The notes beneath the pieces are model-generated. The model searched no databases and was not told the DNA's origin. It worked only from the letters and a program-made list of their open reading frames with translations. 60,348 nucleotides of DNA from a virus. Taxonomy: Duplodnaviria; Caudoviricetes. A program made the position numbers and the translations under genes. The DNA lies in IMG/VR virus record IMGVR_UViG_3300037755_000377, positions 1 through 60,348 of that record; one strand, written 5' to 3'. Below, in pieces: positions 24,847 through 35,411 of the stretch. The number at the start of each line of letters is the position of its first letter. The stretch's first letter is position 1.

Positions 24847-27143
24847 TGGCTGACATCGATTCTGGCGCCGTCGCCTCTCGTGAGGAAAAACCGGAACCGC
24901 GCAACGATCCTGAATTCGTCCGCTCATGGCTGGAGGCTATCGAGGTCGCCAGCAAGGAGGAAAAGGATTGGCGTGAGACGGGAGACAAGGCTGTCAATGT
25001 GTTCCGCTCACGCTCCGACAAGGGCGACGGTCAAAAGCGCGAACGGACGTTCAATATCCTACATGCGAATGTCGAAACGATAGTACCAGCGCTTTACAAT
25101 TCCCTGCCGGTTCCGGACATCCGCCGTCGCTTTAATGATGACGATCCGGTAGGACGGGAAATCTCTGAACTAATCGAGCGGTGCATATCGTTCTCGATCG
25201 ATAACTATGACTTTGACTCGCATATGCGAGCCGCCGTCATGGACATGGAATTGCCGGGGCGCGGCTTGTCCCGTGTTCGCTATGTCCCGTATTTTGATGA
25301 GGCTAACGAAAATAAGGTCTACGAAGAAGTCATTTGCGAGCATGTGCCGTGGAAGCGGTTTCGTCGCGGCCCAGCACAGATGTGGACGGATGTGCCATGG
25401 GTTGCCTTTGAGCTGTTCCTGACCCGTGAGGAATTGCGCCGCTTGGCTCCTGACGTGGCGGACGATGTTGATCTTGACTGCAATGCGGACGGTTATGTTG
25501 AAAAAGGCGACGGTCAGAACGTCCCCGACATTTACAAGCGTGCTCATGCCTGGGAAATCTGGGACAAGGAATCGCGCAAGGTCATCTTTATTGCGCCATC
25601 CTACAATCTCAAGCCGATCTATATGGAGGATGACCCGCTTGGGCTGACAGGGTTCTTTCCGCTGCCGCGCCCGCTTTATGCCATTGAAACCAGCGATACG
25701 CTGGTTCCGGTCACGCCGTATGAAATCTATCGCGACCAGGCTGAGGAACTGGAACGTATCTCACGCCGCATTATGGTGCTGATCAACGCCCTGAAGGCCC
25801 GTGGCGTCTATGATGGCCGCATGGAGGAAATCGGCCGGTTGGCAAAGGCTGAGGACAATGAGCTGATTCCGATCGAATCAGCCATGGTCTATGCCGATGG
25901 CGGCGGATTGGAAAAGGGCATTCTGTGGTTCCCGGTCCAGGTCATCGCTGTGGTGGTGGAAAAGCTCTATATCCAACGCGAGCAGATCAAGCAGGCGATT
26001 TACGAAATCACTGGCATAGCAGACATTCTGCGCGGTTCGACCAATCCGAACGAAACGCTTGGCGCACAGCAGTTGAAGGCGCAATGGGGCAGCCTTCGTA
26101 TTCAGCGAAAGCAGGCCGAGGTCCAGCGATACGCTCGTGATTTGTTCCGGCTCAAGGCCGAGATCATCGCGACCAAGTTTTCGTTTGAAACCATCATGAT
26201 GATGACGGGCCAGAAATACCCGTCCATGCAAGAAAAGCAGATGGCCCAGCAGGCCATGGCTCAGATGCAACAGGCCGTGCAGGCGCAGCAGAGCCCGCCA
26301 CAGGGGCAACCTGGCCAAGGCCAGCCTCAAGGCCAGTCTGGGCCGCAGGGCGGGAATGTCGTGCCGATGAGGCCGCAGGCCCCGCCGCCTGATCCGACCA
26401 AGATGAAAGAGATTCAGGAAATCCTATCCAAGCCGTCACGCGAGGAAATTGAGAGGGTTTTACGTGACGACCTGATGCGCGCCTACCGGATTGATGTCGA
26501 GACGGACTCGACTGTGCGGGCCGATATGACCCGCAACGTGCAGATGATGACGCAATTTCTGCAAGGCACCGCGCAATACATGCAGGCCATGGGGCCGGCG
26601 GTCCAGGCCGGCTATATGGGTGCACCGGAAGCGGTCGCCATCTTTGCCTCGTTTGCTCGCAACTTCCGTCTCGGCAAGCAGGCCGAAGATGCCTTGGACA
26701 AGTTGAAAGAGAAGGCCGAGAGCTTCAAGCCGCCCAGCCCCGACGAAGGCAAGAAGGAAGCCATGCAGGCGGAAATGGAATTCCGCAAGCAAGAGACGGC
26801 GATGCGCCAGCAAGAGGCGCAAGGCAAATTTCAGATCGAGCAGCAGCGTCTTGGCATGGAACAGCAGGACAAGGCTGCGCGTCTGCAAATGGATGCCGCT
26901 GATTTGCAGGCTAGGCGCGATGCAGAAGCAGAACAGCGCGCTATCAACGAATCTTCTGAAATGACAAAGAATCGCATCGAGCAACGAAAGCTTGAACTCT
27001 TGGAAGCAGAGCACGAATTTAAGAAGGCTATTGAATTTGAAAGACTGGAAATTGAGCGTGGAAAACTCGCAATAACGGCTAAAGCGCAAGAGGAAAAGCA
27101 CGAAGAACGGAACAGCAAACAGGAAATGAAAGAGGCAGGCTGA
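24846..27143 (+). CDS. portal protein (P22-like, long C-terminal coiled coil)
   Basis: FNILHANVET, YEITGIADILRG, ETLGAQQLK, YRIDVETDS; position before scaffold and capsid. Confidence 0.88.
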   Translation: MADIDSGAVASREEKPEPRNDPEFVRSWLEAIEVASKEEKDWRETGDKAVNVFRSRSDKGDGQKRERTFNILHANVETIVPALYNSLPVPDIRRRFNDDDPVGREISELIERCISFSIDNYDFDSHMRAAVMDMELPGRGLSRVRYVPYFDEANENKVYEEVICEHVPWKRFRRGPAQMWTDVPWVAFELFLTREELRRLAPDVADDVDLDCNADGYVEKGDGQNVPDIYKRAHAWEIWDKESRKVIFIAPSYNLKPIYMEDDPLGLTGFFPLPRPLYAIETSDTLVPVTPYEIYRDQAEELERISRRIMVLINALKARGVYDGRMEEIGRLAKAEDNELIPIESAMVYADGGGLEKGILWFPVQVIAVVVEKLYIQREQIKQAIYEITGIADILRGSTNPNETLGAQQLKAQWGSLRIQRKQAEVQRYARDLFRLKAEIIATKFSFETIMMMTGQKYPSMQEKQMAQQAMAQMQQAVQAQQSPPQGQPGQGQPQGQSGPQGGNVVPMRPQAPPPDPTKMKEIQEILSKPSREEIERVLRDDLMRAYRIDVETDSTVRADMTRNVQMMTQFLQGTAQYMQAMGPAVQAGYMGAPEAVAIFASFARNFRLGKQAEDALDKLKEKAESFKPPSPDEGKKEAMQAEMEFRKQETAMRQQEAQGKFQIEQQRLGMEQQDKAARLQMDAADLQARRDAEAEQRAINESSEMTKNRIEQRKLELLEAEHEFKKAIEFERLEIERGKLAITAKAQEEKHEERNSKQEMKEAG

Positions 27144-27475
27144 TGCCGACATTTGTTCTCAGGCCAGGTCATCCTTTGGCCGACAAGGATGGGTTTGTTG
27201 ACAAGGACTTGGCCGGTGAAGTCAGCAGACCTAATGGCAATTCACTCTATATCATGCGGGATACGCCGGAATATCTCTCGCCGTTAGGGACGGGGTTGAT
27301 ATCCGGCCGTGTGGCGCGACGGGAAGACCTGAAGCGCGGGAATTGTCGCGAGGTCGATCCGAGCGAGAAGATGGGCCAAGCGCGATCAGAGAAGTGGGCA
27401 CGTCGCCTTGGCGTTGAACACAATCCGAATGCCGGGAATCGCCCCCGGCAGTGGGATGGCTTTCTAAAGGACTGA
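27143..27475 (+). CDS. conserved small protein downstream of portal
   Basis: YLSPLGTGLISGRVARREDLKR...EVDP. Confidence 0.65.
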   Translation: MPTFVLRPGHPLADKDGFVDKDLAGEVSRPNGNSLYIMRDTPEYLSPLGTGLISGRVARREDLKRGNCREVDPSEKMGQARSEKWARRLGVEHNPNAGNRPRQWDGFLKD

Positions 27476-27479
27476 CAAA

Positions 27480-27692
27480 TTGGCACTGGGGTCATGGTTC
27501 CCGGTCAAGCATCTACCGCCGCCTCGTGAGGTTACGCATGAATGGCAAATTGTCGTCAACTGGCTTTACCGCGAAGTCGATGAAGATCGTCTGGCAAAAA
27601 TGCCTGCACTAAAGCGCATCAAAGGTTGGCGCAATATCGAAGTCTACTACTACATCAAGTCCTATGATTGGACTGCGCGGATGTTCCAGTAG
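27480..27692 (+). CDS. hypothetical protein
   Basis: TTG-start ORF filling gap. Confidence 0.4.
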   Translation: MALGSWFPVKHLPPPREVTHEWQIVVNWLYREVDEDRLAKMPALKRIKGWRNIEVYYYIKSYDWTARMFQ

Positions 27693-27713
27693 GAACTAAG
27701 GAGCAATCATTAC

Positions 27714-28832
27714 ATGACTGATCTGGAAAACGGAGCGGGCCAGCCCGCTGCCGAGCCAACACCTGTTGCCGGTAACGAGCCGCAACCGGACCCGATCGAG
27801 GTAGCTCTGTCCGGCATGGACGCCATATACGACAAGATCAATCCGCCACGGACAGATGGTGGGCAGTTTGCATCGCAAAACAGCGACGAATCGTCCGCTG
27901 ATGAGAAAACCGAACCTGCCGGCGCTGAAGACAGCGACGCGGGTTCCCAAGAGCTTAAAAGTGACCAGAGCCCAGCGCCAAAGACCGAGGAACAGGCCAC
28001 GCCTGCCATCCCCGTTCCGGCGTCCTGGTCAGCCGAGATGAAGGCCAAATGGGAATCGCTCCCATCCGAAGCGCGCCAGTACATCGCGCAGCGGGAGAGC
28101 GAGGCTCACAAGCGCATTTCGGAAATGGGGCAGGCAGAGAAGCAACTGGAGCCAATGCGCGGCGTCCTGGAACACTTCCGGCCGGTGTACGAGGGCAAGG
28201 GGCTAAAGCCAGAGCAAGCCGTTGGCCTGCTTCTGCAAGCCCAAGCCAAACTCGACGCTGACCCGGCAAATGCCATCCAGGAAATTGCGAACGCTTACGG
28301 TGTTGATCTGGCACAGGTGTACGGAGGCAAGCAGCAACAGCCGGCACAGGCTCCCCAAGGTGAGCAAACGGATTACATCCGCACCTTGGAGAGCAAGATC
28401 GCCAATCTGGAGCGTGGCCTTGGTTATACCTATCAAACAGTTGAAGTGCAGCGGCAAGCTGAAGTGCAGCGCGCCAATGCGACCCTCGCAAAACTGGTTG
28501 AGGATTTCGCCAAGGACAAAACGGACTTTGCTGAGATTGAGGATGACGTAGCGCGTCAGGCAAGGGTGATCAAAGAAGAAAACCCGAATCTTGAACCGCA
28601 AGCCGTCCTTCAAAAGGCGTATGAGCAGGCACGCTGGAGCAATCCAGACTTGCGCGCCCGTCTTATTGCCGAGCAGGCAAAGCAGCAGCAGGAAGCGGAA
28701 GAGCAGAAACGCAAGACCGAGGCCGACAAGGCCAAGAAGGCCGGTGCAATCAATGTTCGCTCGCAACCGAATGCAACGCCCGTCAAGGGCAGGACTTGGG
28801 AAGAGACAATGGACGGATTTCGGTCCAACTAA
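27714..28832 (+). CDS. capsid scaffolding protein
   Basis: Acidic disordered N-terminus, PASWSAE..W..LP, coiled coil; directly before capsid. Confidence 0.8.
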   Translation: MTDLENGAGQPAAEPTPVAGNEPQPDPIEVALSGMDAIYDKINPPRTDGGQFASQNSDESSADEKTEPAGAEDSDAGSQELKSDQSPAPKTEEQATPAIPVPASWSAEMKAKWESLPSEARQYIAQRESEAHKRISEMGQAEKQLEPMRGVLEHFRPVYEGKGLKPEQAVGLLLQAQAKLDADPANAIQEIANAYGVDLAQVYGGKQQQPAQAPQGEQTDYIRTLESKIANLERGLGYTYQTVEVQRQAEVQRANATLAKLVEDFAKDKTDFAEIEDDVARQARVIKEENPNLEPQAVLQKAYEQARWSNPDLRARLIAEQAKQQQEAEEQKRKTEADKAKKAGAINVRSQPNATPVKGRTWEETMDGFRSN

Positions 28833-28880
28833 TCCAACCAGTAAACGCGAGGGGTCATCCATCTTTGAAAGGTTAAGAAG

Positions 28881-29846
28881 ATGGCATCACCCAACGCTAC
28901 GTTCACGGAGATTGTCACTACGACTCTCCGTGAACACCCCAATGTGATTGCGGACAATGTTTCGAATCACAATTCGCTTTATCGGCGCTTGAAGCAGAAG
29001 GGGCAGATTCAGAAAATTGACGGCGGCTATGAGTTGGTCGAGTCGCTCGACTATGCTGACAATGCCACATATCAGAGATACGCCGGTTTCGACGCGCTCG
29101 ATATCGGTGCCTCTGACGTTCTCACTGCGGCCAAGTACGACTGGGTTCAGGCGGCAATCAATGTCGTCGCTTCCGGTCGTGAATTGCGTATGAACTCGGG
29201 CAAGAACCAGATTGTCGATCTGGCGAAGGCCCGTCTGAAGAACGCAATGCGGACTGCGGCCAACAACATGAGTGTGGACCTTTATTCGTCCGGTTCCTTG
29301 TCGAACCAGATGGGCGGGCTCTCGCACGTCATCCAGACCAACGGTCAGGGCACGGTCGGTGGCATCGCTTCTGCCACTTATACGTTCTGGCGAAACCAGT
29401 TCAAGGAGGCTTCCGGTACCAACGCGGTCGCGAAGTCGAACATCAAGCAGGAGATGAATGCTCTCTGGCTTGCATGTGTCCGAGGAACTGACAAGCCCGA
29501 CTTGATTGTCTCCACGCACGACTTCTATGCGGTCTATGAAGAGGCCCTTCAGGACTTGCAGCGGTATGCGTCGGCGGACAGCGCCACGGCCGGGTTTCAA
29601 TCGCTGAAGTACAAGACGGCGGATGTCATCTTTGACTCCAACGACAACTTCAGCACCACGGGCGAGCGGATGTACTACATCAACTCCGACTTCTTGAAAT
29701 TGAAGGTTCATCGTGACGCCAACTGGACGCAGTTGGACGAAAAGATGTCCGTCAATCAGGATGCCGTTGTCATCCCGCTCATCTTCCAGGGTCAGCTGTG
29801 TTGCAGCAATCGTTCGCTGCAAGGCATTCTGATCGATGCGTCTTAA
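28881..29846 (+). CDS. major capsid protein
   Basis: TTTL...IADNV, 321 aa, highly biased codons, after scaffold. Confidence 0.88.
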   Translation: MASPNATFTEIVTTTLREHPNVIADNVSNHNSLYRRLKQKGQIQKIDGGYELVESLDYADNATYQRYAGFDALDIGASDVLTAAKYDWVQAAINVVASGRELRMNSGKNQIVDLAKARLKNAMRTAANNMSVDLYSSGSLSNQMGGLSHVIQTNGQGTVGGIASATYTFWRNQFKEASGTNAVAKSNIKQEMNALWLACVRGTDKPDLIVSTHDFYAVYEEALQDLQRYASADSATAGFQSLKYKTADVIFDSNDNFSTTGERMYYINSDFLKLKVHRDANWTQLDEKMSVNQDAVVIPLIFQGQLCCSNRSLQGILIDAS

Positions 29847-29861
29847 GGGAGGACATAGAAC

Positions 29862-30341
29862 ATGGCTCTCATCGGCGCAAAAACCACCAAACTGACTGCT
29901 GACCTCGACAAGGGAGACGGCGCCGCGCTTGGCGACCGTTCCGTGTCTCAGAGCAAAGACATGGTCTTTGTTCAGGCCAGCGCTGCCATCGTGCAGTACG
30001 ATGCGGTCTGGATCGAGCCGAACTTCACGGCCGCTCCGATCACGAGTACGCTTGCCGCCACGGCAGGCTTCATCGGCGTCGCGGAAGTGGCGTTCGCTTC
30101 GGCGGAATACGGTTGGATCACGGTTCGCGGCGTCACGCCTATTCGTGTCGCTTCGGGCTGCGCTCCATTCGTTCCGTTGTTCACAACCGGCGAAGCCGGC
30201 ATTCTGGACGACGGTACGGCGTCGGCCAGCGCGGCAATTGCCGTTCTTGGTGTGATTGCCGACTCGACAGCGACCTCGGGCGTCACGGGTATCACCTGTG
30301 CCGTTTCGTGGCCGGTGGTCAGGCGGCCGTCGAACCGCTAA
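29862..30341 (+). CDS. capsid decoration/cement protein
   Basis: Small Ala/Gly/Thr-rich, YGWITVRG motif, strong RBS GGGAGG, immediately after capsid gene. Confidence 0.7.
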   Translation: MALIGAKTTKLTADLDKGDGAALGDRSVSQSKDMVFVQASAAIVQYDAVWIEPNFTAAPITSTLAATAGFIGVAEVAFASAEYGWITVRGVTPIRVASGCAPFVPLFTTGEAGILDDGTASASAAIAVLGVIADSTATSGVTGITCAVSWPVVRRPSNR

Positions 30342-30348
30342 CGAGTGG

Positions 30349-30378
30349 ATAGGGCGGGGCCTTCGGGCTCCGCCCTAT
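30349..30378 (+). terminator. 13-bp hairpin with weak U-tract (partial terminator or processing site)
   Basis: ATAGGGCGGGGCC-TTCG-GGCTCCGCCCTAT. Confidence 0.6.
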
Positions 30379-30410
30379 TGCTGCAAATCAGGGTCATCCC
30401 AATCAGTAAA

Positions 30411-31397
30411 ATGAGATATCAGCCTTTATGGATTAACGGCAAACAGATTGATGGGGAATACCAGCGTGAATGCGCGGAACGCTACGAGCCAATCCGGGAG
30501 TTTCTGACACAGTTCAGGCGTCCGTTTTCAGTGTTCGATCTTGGTGCGAACATGGGGTACTTCACATTCCGGATTGCGCAGGACTTCCCGCACGCGACCG
30601 TGATTGCGGTCGATCACAGGTCGGAACTGGTCCATCTCGCCAAGGCCAACAATGCTGAGAATGTGATTGTCATTCCGCGCAGGATGACGGGCGATCAGTT
30701 GTTCAAGCTGGCTGAATGCGAAGAGTTCGACGTTGTTCTTGCGCTGAACGTCCTGCACCACATCAAGGACTGGCATCGCGGACTTGTCGGGGCGATCAAT
30801 CTCGGATGGCATCTGATTGCGGAAACGCCAGGGCCGGACGACAAAAACGCTCTCAATCCTGGCGCGCATCGCGGAATTTACGACACGTTGCGGATTGAGC
30901 CATCCAAAACGCTATTGACGACGAAAAGCCACGTTACGGCCGGCGCAAGCAGGGAGATGATCCACATCGAATCCAGCGGCTACAAGACGCTGGCAGCGCA
31001 AACGCTGGATTCCAGAGAGCGGCGTGCGCCGTGGATCACGCCGAACACCATCGTCCGCGACTTTGGAAAGTCTGAAATCTCGTTCGCGGATCGTGAGCGC
31101 CGATGGTTCGTCCCAGGCATGAACTTGTGGAATTGGGCTTTGCTTGGCGGCTGCTGGCCGAATGACATCGCGGCAAAGATTGATCGTGGAATGTCTGAAT
31201 TCGATTACGACGGCCGCTGGATGGATGACTTCAGGCCATGGAACTTCATTCTGACTGGCCGGGAGTGCGTGCCCATCGACATCGGCAACAAGAAGCGCAA
31301 GGAACCGGAGTCGAACGGTCGCGCACTGTGCCTTGAATTCATGCAATCTCCGGACAAGTGCCGCGAGATACTGGACCGTGTACAAAACGGAGGTTGA
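30411..31397 (+). CDS. class I SAM-dependent methyltransferase with C-terminal kinase-like segment
   Basis: VFDLGANMGYF, FDVVLALNVLHH; DFRPWNFIL...PID resembles a kinase catalytic loop. Confidence 0.75.
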   Translation: MRYQPLWINGKQIDGEYQRECAERYEPIREFLTQFRRPFSVFDLGANMGYFTFRIAQDFPHATVIAVDHRSELVHLAKANNAENVIVIPRRMTGDQLFKLAECEEFDVVLALNVLHHIKDWHRGLVGAINLGWHLIAETPGPDDKNALNPGAHRGIYDTLRIEPSKTLLTTKSHVTAGASREMIHIESSGYKTLAAQTLDSRERRAPWITPNTIVRDFGKSEISFADRERRWFVPGMNLWNWALLGGCWPNDIAAKIDRGMSEFDYDGRWMDDFRPWNFILTGRECVPIDIGNKKRKEPESNGRALCLEFMQSPDKCREILDRVQNGG

Positions 31398-31398
31398 A

Positions 31399-32088
31399 TT
31401 GAAAGTCGCTGCTGTCACGACATTTTCACCGAGAGGGTATGAAACCTACGGCAAGAGAATGATCCAATCCTTCATAGAATGGTGGCCGATCGATGTTCCG
31501 CTTTATGTTTTTTATGAAGGCGAAAAGCCGAAGGATGCAGACGAGCGTGTGCAATGGGTGTCCTTTCGTGACGACCTTGACCATGCCGCTTTCGGCGAGC
31601 GCAACGAAGATGTCGGGCGAGACTATCGCTATCAATGCGTTAGATTTTCCCACAAGGTTTTTGCCGCCACCAAGGCCCCACGAAATGCTGATTGGCTTAT
31701 CTGGCTCGACGGCGACACCGAAACAATCCGCGAGGTAAACCACGACTTTCTGAATGAGGTTCTTCCGGACGGTTATGTTGCCTCCTACCTGGGGCGGTCA
31801 TGGACGCATTCCGAGACTGGCTTTGTCGGCTATCGGCTGAATGAAACCGGCAAGCAGTTTCTGGATGAAATGCGCGAATATTACGTGACGGATCGGGTTT
31901 ACCACCTGTCGGAATGTCATGATTGCGCGGTGTTCGATGCTGTGCGCAAGAGCTTTGAATACAACGGCCATCGGTTTTTCAACCTGTGCCCGAACGCATC
32001 GACGCTGGATTGTTGGAAGCAGTCTCCGCTTCAGCGGGTAATGACGCACTTCAAAGGCCCGAAGGCCAAGCAGGCTGCTTACGCATGA
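31399..32088 (+). CDS. GT-A fold glycosyltransferase
   Basis: RFSHKVFA, WLIWLDGDT (DxD), SETGFVGY, HDCAVFD, HFKG. Confidence 0.75.
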   Translation: MKVAAVTTFSPRGYETYGKRMIQSFIEWWPIDVPLYVFYEGEKPKDADERVQWVSFRDDLDHAAFGERNEDVGRDYRYQCVRFSHKVFAATKAPRNADWLIWLDGDTETIREVNHDFLNEVLPDGYVASYLGRSWTHSETGFVGYRLNETGKQFLDEMREYYVTDRVYHLSECHDCAVFDAVRKSFEYNGHRFFNLCPNASTLDCWKQSPLQRVMTHFKGPKAKQAAYA

Positions 32089-33086
32089 AATCAGCTCTTG
32101 TGACCGGGGCAACCGGGCAGGACGGATTCTATCTCTGCGAATATCTGGTCGGCATTGGCTATAACGTTCATGCGCTGAGGCGGCCAACAACTGGCGACCG
32201 TGAGTGTATCATTGACGGCGTGGCTTGGCACGACGCCGACATGATAGACGATTCCGGCCTGATGCGAGTTCTGGAAAAAACCAAACCAGATGAGGTCTAC
32301 AATCTTGCCGCTCAAAGCCATGTCGGCCAATCCTTTGATTGCCCGCTTCTGACGGCCAACGTCAACGCTATGGGCGCACTGCGGCTTCTGGAGGGAATGC
32401 GCGTTCTTGGCATGGCCGATAGCGGACGGTTCTACCAGGCGTCCACGTCCGAACTGTACGGCAACATTCCTGAATGGCCACAGACCGAGCAGACAGAGTT
32501 TCGGCCGCGCTCCCCGTATGGCGTCGCCAAGCTGTTTGCCTATTGGGCCACTGTCAACTATCGCGAGTCCTATGGGATGCACGCAAGCAACGGCATCCTG
32601 TTCAATCACGAATCGGAAAGACGCGGGCCTGAATTCGTCACGCGCAAGATCGCGCGGGCGGCAGCCGAGTTTCGCAACGGGCGGACGCAACCATTGCGGC
32701 TCGGCAACCTGAACGCACGGCGCGATTGGGGCCATGCCAAGGACTATGTGAAGGCCATGCACAAGATCGTGCAACAGTCGTATCCGGACGATTACGTGAT
32801 TGCGACCGGCGAGACGCGATCCGTGCGGGATTTTGCTGAACTCGCCTTCGCGGCTGCTGGCGTTGATCTGACATTCGAGGGCTTTGGGCTGACTGAACGC
32901 GGTGTCGGCGCAGACGGTAAAACCCTGATTGAGATTGACCCGGAGTTCTTTCGGCCGGCGGACATCAACGTTCTGTGCGGCGACCCGTCACGGGCCGTCA
33001 GTCGGTTTGGGTTCCAGTGTGAATATTCATTCGATGACCTGGTGGCTGAAATGGTCTCATCTGAAATCGAAAGGCTTGAAGCGTGA
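32085..33086 (+). CDS. gmd: GDP-mannose 4,6-dehydratase
   Basis: ALVTGATGQDG, YNLAAQSHV, FYQASTSELYG, PRSPYGVAK, NGILFNHES, FVTRKI, RDWGHAKDYV. Confidence 0.95.
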   Translation: MKSALVTGATGQDGFYLCEYLVGIGYNVHALRRPTTGDRECIIDGVAWHDADMIDDSGLMRVLEKTKPDEVYNLAAQSHVGQSFDCPLLTANVNAMGALRLLEGMRVLGMADSGRFYQASTSELYGNIPEWPQTEQTEFRPRSPYGVAKLFAYWATVNYRESYGMHASNGILFNHESERRGPEFVTRKIARAAAEFRNGRTQPLRLGNLNARRDWGHAKDYVKAMHKIVQQSYPDDYVIATGETRSVRDFAELAFAAAGVDLTFEGFGLTERGVGADGKTLIEIDPEFFRPADINVLCGDPSRAVSRFGFQCEYSFDDLVAEMVSSEIERLEA

Positions 33087-34732
33087 GGCGATACGATCAA
33101 TTGCCAAAACTGGTTGCGTTCAACCGTCCGAAAACCATTGTCGAGGTTGGCGTATTCAACGGGGCAAGGGCAGGTCTGATGTGCCGCGAGGCACTAAAGC
33201 ACCGAGAGAAGGTACACTATACCGGATACGACTTATTCGACAGCGGTGAGCAAGCCGGTGACGAATTAAACAGCAAGGGTCGCGGATCGATAGAAAAGGC
33301 CATTGCAACCCTCGATAAGATCAAGTCGGAGTTCCCAGGATTTACTTACGAGCTGGTCAAGGGCAATACGCACAAGACATTGCATGGCCGTCAGGTTTGT
33401 GCCGACTTCGTATTCATCGATGGTGGGCATTCGGTCGAGACGATCAAGGGCGACTATGAGGCGCTTAAAACCTCGCGAATGATCGCGCTGGATGATTGGT
33501 ATTCAGAATCCAGCGGGCTTGATACCGAAAAATACGGCTGCAACAAGTTGCTGGAATCTGTCCCACATGAGGTTCTTCCTTGGGAGGATCGGCATGGCAT
33601 CAGAATTGCCGTTATCGGGTATGACTCAAGATGGCGCGATGCGCTCGATAAGGTTGTGCGTGAGGAAAATATTGATGACATAGCGTTCTGGCGCGGTGAG
33701 AACCTTCCACCAACAGGCATGGTTTCTGTTGTTGGATTGCTGGAACGGTTGATCGATCCGGAACCGGCAATCGCGCGGTTGCGGGAAATCACGAAACGAA
33801 AACTGTTCTTCGTACTCCAAGCGGATGCGCTGCGAAGCCTCGATAGCTGGAAGGCGCTATTTGAGAACTATTTCCAGATATTGGAATGGTTCCCGGTTTC
33901 GGACGGCATGGTTGTCGGTACCGCCAAGCCGCTATTGATGCTCGGAGAGTTGAACGTCAAGGGTGCGTTGACCGATGACGTGCGAATGGCGCAGGTCCGG
34001 GAGAACAGCGCAAAGATCGCAAAGCGCGTTGGCGGGGTTTTAGAACCGCACGACCGGATCGCAATTCTTGCCTGCTATGGCCCATCCCTGCGGGAGACAT
34101 GGCAGACGATCATCGCGGAAAAGAAATACATCAACTGCGATCTGGTTACGGTATCGGGTGCGCACGACTTTCTGATCAAGCGGGAAATTATCCCGGACTA
34201 TCACGTTGAATGCGATCCGCGACCGCACAAAGCCAAGCACATCAACCTGCAGCAGGACACGACAAAGTATCTGATTGCCTCATGCTGTCACCCGAACATG
34301 CTGGAGGTGCTGGACGGCAAGGACATGTCATTGTGGCATATGATGGATGGTCCGCATTCGTTCGAGATACTGGACCATATCGACCCTGATGGGTGGCTGG
34401 TAAACGGCGGCGGCAGCGTCGGACTTCGCGCCATCTCGCTAATGTATGCGCTTGGGTACCGGGCGTTTCGCATTCACGGAATGGACTGCTCGTTTGCATC
34501 TGGCGCGCAACACGCCGGCAAGCACGCCGGCAAGAGACAGAACGAAATTCAAGTCCGGTGCGGGTCGGAATGGTTCGAAACCTCTGGGGTTATGGTGACA
34601 TACGCGCAACAGTTTTTCGACATGGTTGAGCGAATGCCGGACGCCGAGTTTGATTTACACGGCCATGGCCTGCAACAGGCCATCGCCATAAAGAAGCACG
34701 AAACCAAACAGGAGACGATTAATGCAGCCTGA
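33083..34732 (+). CDS. methyltransferase fused to a MAF/DUF115-like (MptE-like) glycosyltransferase domain
   Basis: VEVGVFNG, FIDGGHSVET..D; C-terminal ACYGPSL, PDYHVECDPR, GGGSVGLRA...LGYR...GMDCSF. Confidence 0.8.
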   Translation: MRRYDQLPKLVAFNRPKTIVEVGVFNGARAGLMCREALKHREKVHYTGYDLFDSGEQAGDELNSKGRGSIEKAIATLDKIKSEFPGFTYELVKGNTHKTLHGRQVCADFVFIDGGHSVETIKGDYEALKTSRMIALDDWYSESSGLDTEKYGCNKLLESVPHEVLPWEDRHGIRIAVIGYDSRWRDALDKVVREENIDDIAFWRGENLPPTGMVSVVGLLERLIDPEPAIARLREITKRKLFFVLQADALRSLDSWKALFENYFQILEWFPVSDGMVVGTAKPLLMLGELNVKGALTDDVRMAQVRENSAKIAKRVGGVLEPHDRIAILACYGPSLRETWQTIIAEKKYINCDLVTVSGAHDFLIKREIIPDYHVECDPRPHKAKHINLQQDTTKYLIASCCHPNMLEVLDGKDMSLWHMMDGPHSFEILDHIDPDGWLVNGGGSVGLRAISLMYALGYRAFRIHGMDCSFASGAQHAGKHAGKRQNEIQVRCGSEWFETSGVMVTYAQQFFDMVERMPDAEFDLHGHGLQQAIAIKKHETKQETINAA

Positions 34733-35396
34733 TGATGGCACAAGCCGAGCACCGATGATCTACCCTCTTCGGTTTTGGGTTGACTACCGCAATATGCCGG
34801 ATGGTTCGACCAAGGAAATTGAAATGGTGGAATGGCAGCGGCGCGGCACGCAAAACCAGGAAACCAACCAAGAGAAGATTTCCCGGCTGATAAAACTTAG
34901 CCCGGCAGGAAATCCATGTCCTGAATGGCAGATTCTACAACCCTATTACGACAAGTGGAAAAAGGGTCAGGAAATGCCGGTGAACGGCACGCCGCTCGGG
35001 GCATGGCCGCACGCGACGCAGGACATGATTGCCGCTTTGGTGCGCTACAACATCAAGACCGTTGAAGACATTGCCGAGTTGGAAGACCAGGCAATTGCGC
35101 GGGTGTCGTTCCCTGGTTTCCGGCGTCATGTTGAGCTGGCGCGGGCGTTTCTCAAGAACAAAAACGACCGCGACGGCCTTGTGCATGAACTGACACAAAA
35201 GGATCAGGTTATCGGCGTACTGCAAACAGAGGTCGAGGATCAGGCCAAGGAAATCGCGCAAATGAAGGATATGCTGACGAACTTGCAGCGCGGTATTGAC
35301 ATGAAGCCGGCGGCCGATGTCGAGTCGTTCGTCGAGATCGGCAAGCGGCGCGGGCGCCCTCCCGGTTCAAAGAACAAGCCGCAGGACGCGGCCTAA
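34722..35396 (+). CDS. conserved phage head-region protein
   Basis: GTPLGAWP, NIKTVEDIAEL, KRRGRPPGSKNK tail. Confidence 0.7.
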   Translation: MQPDDGTSRAPMIYPLRFWVDYRNMPDGSTKEIEMVEWQRRGTQNQETNQEKISRLIKLSPAGNPCPEWQILQPYYDKWKKGQEMPVNGTPLGAWPHATQDMIAALVRYNIKTVEDIAELEDQAIARVSFPGFRRHVELARAFLKNKNDRDGLVHELTQKDQVIGVLQTEVEDQAKEIAQMKDMLTNLQRGIDMKPAADVESFVEIGKRRGRPPGSKNKPQDAA

Positions 35397-35411
35397 CAGG
35401 AGTCAAGCGAC

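Noticed and set aside
28887-29822. 311-aa antisense ORF over the capsid gene (and similar shadows over portal, scaffold, gmd, rsr)
   Set aside because: Expected shadow of strong codon bias in GC-rich genes; no motifs or RBS.
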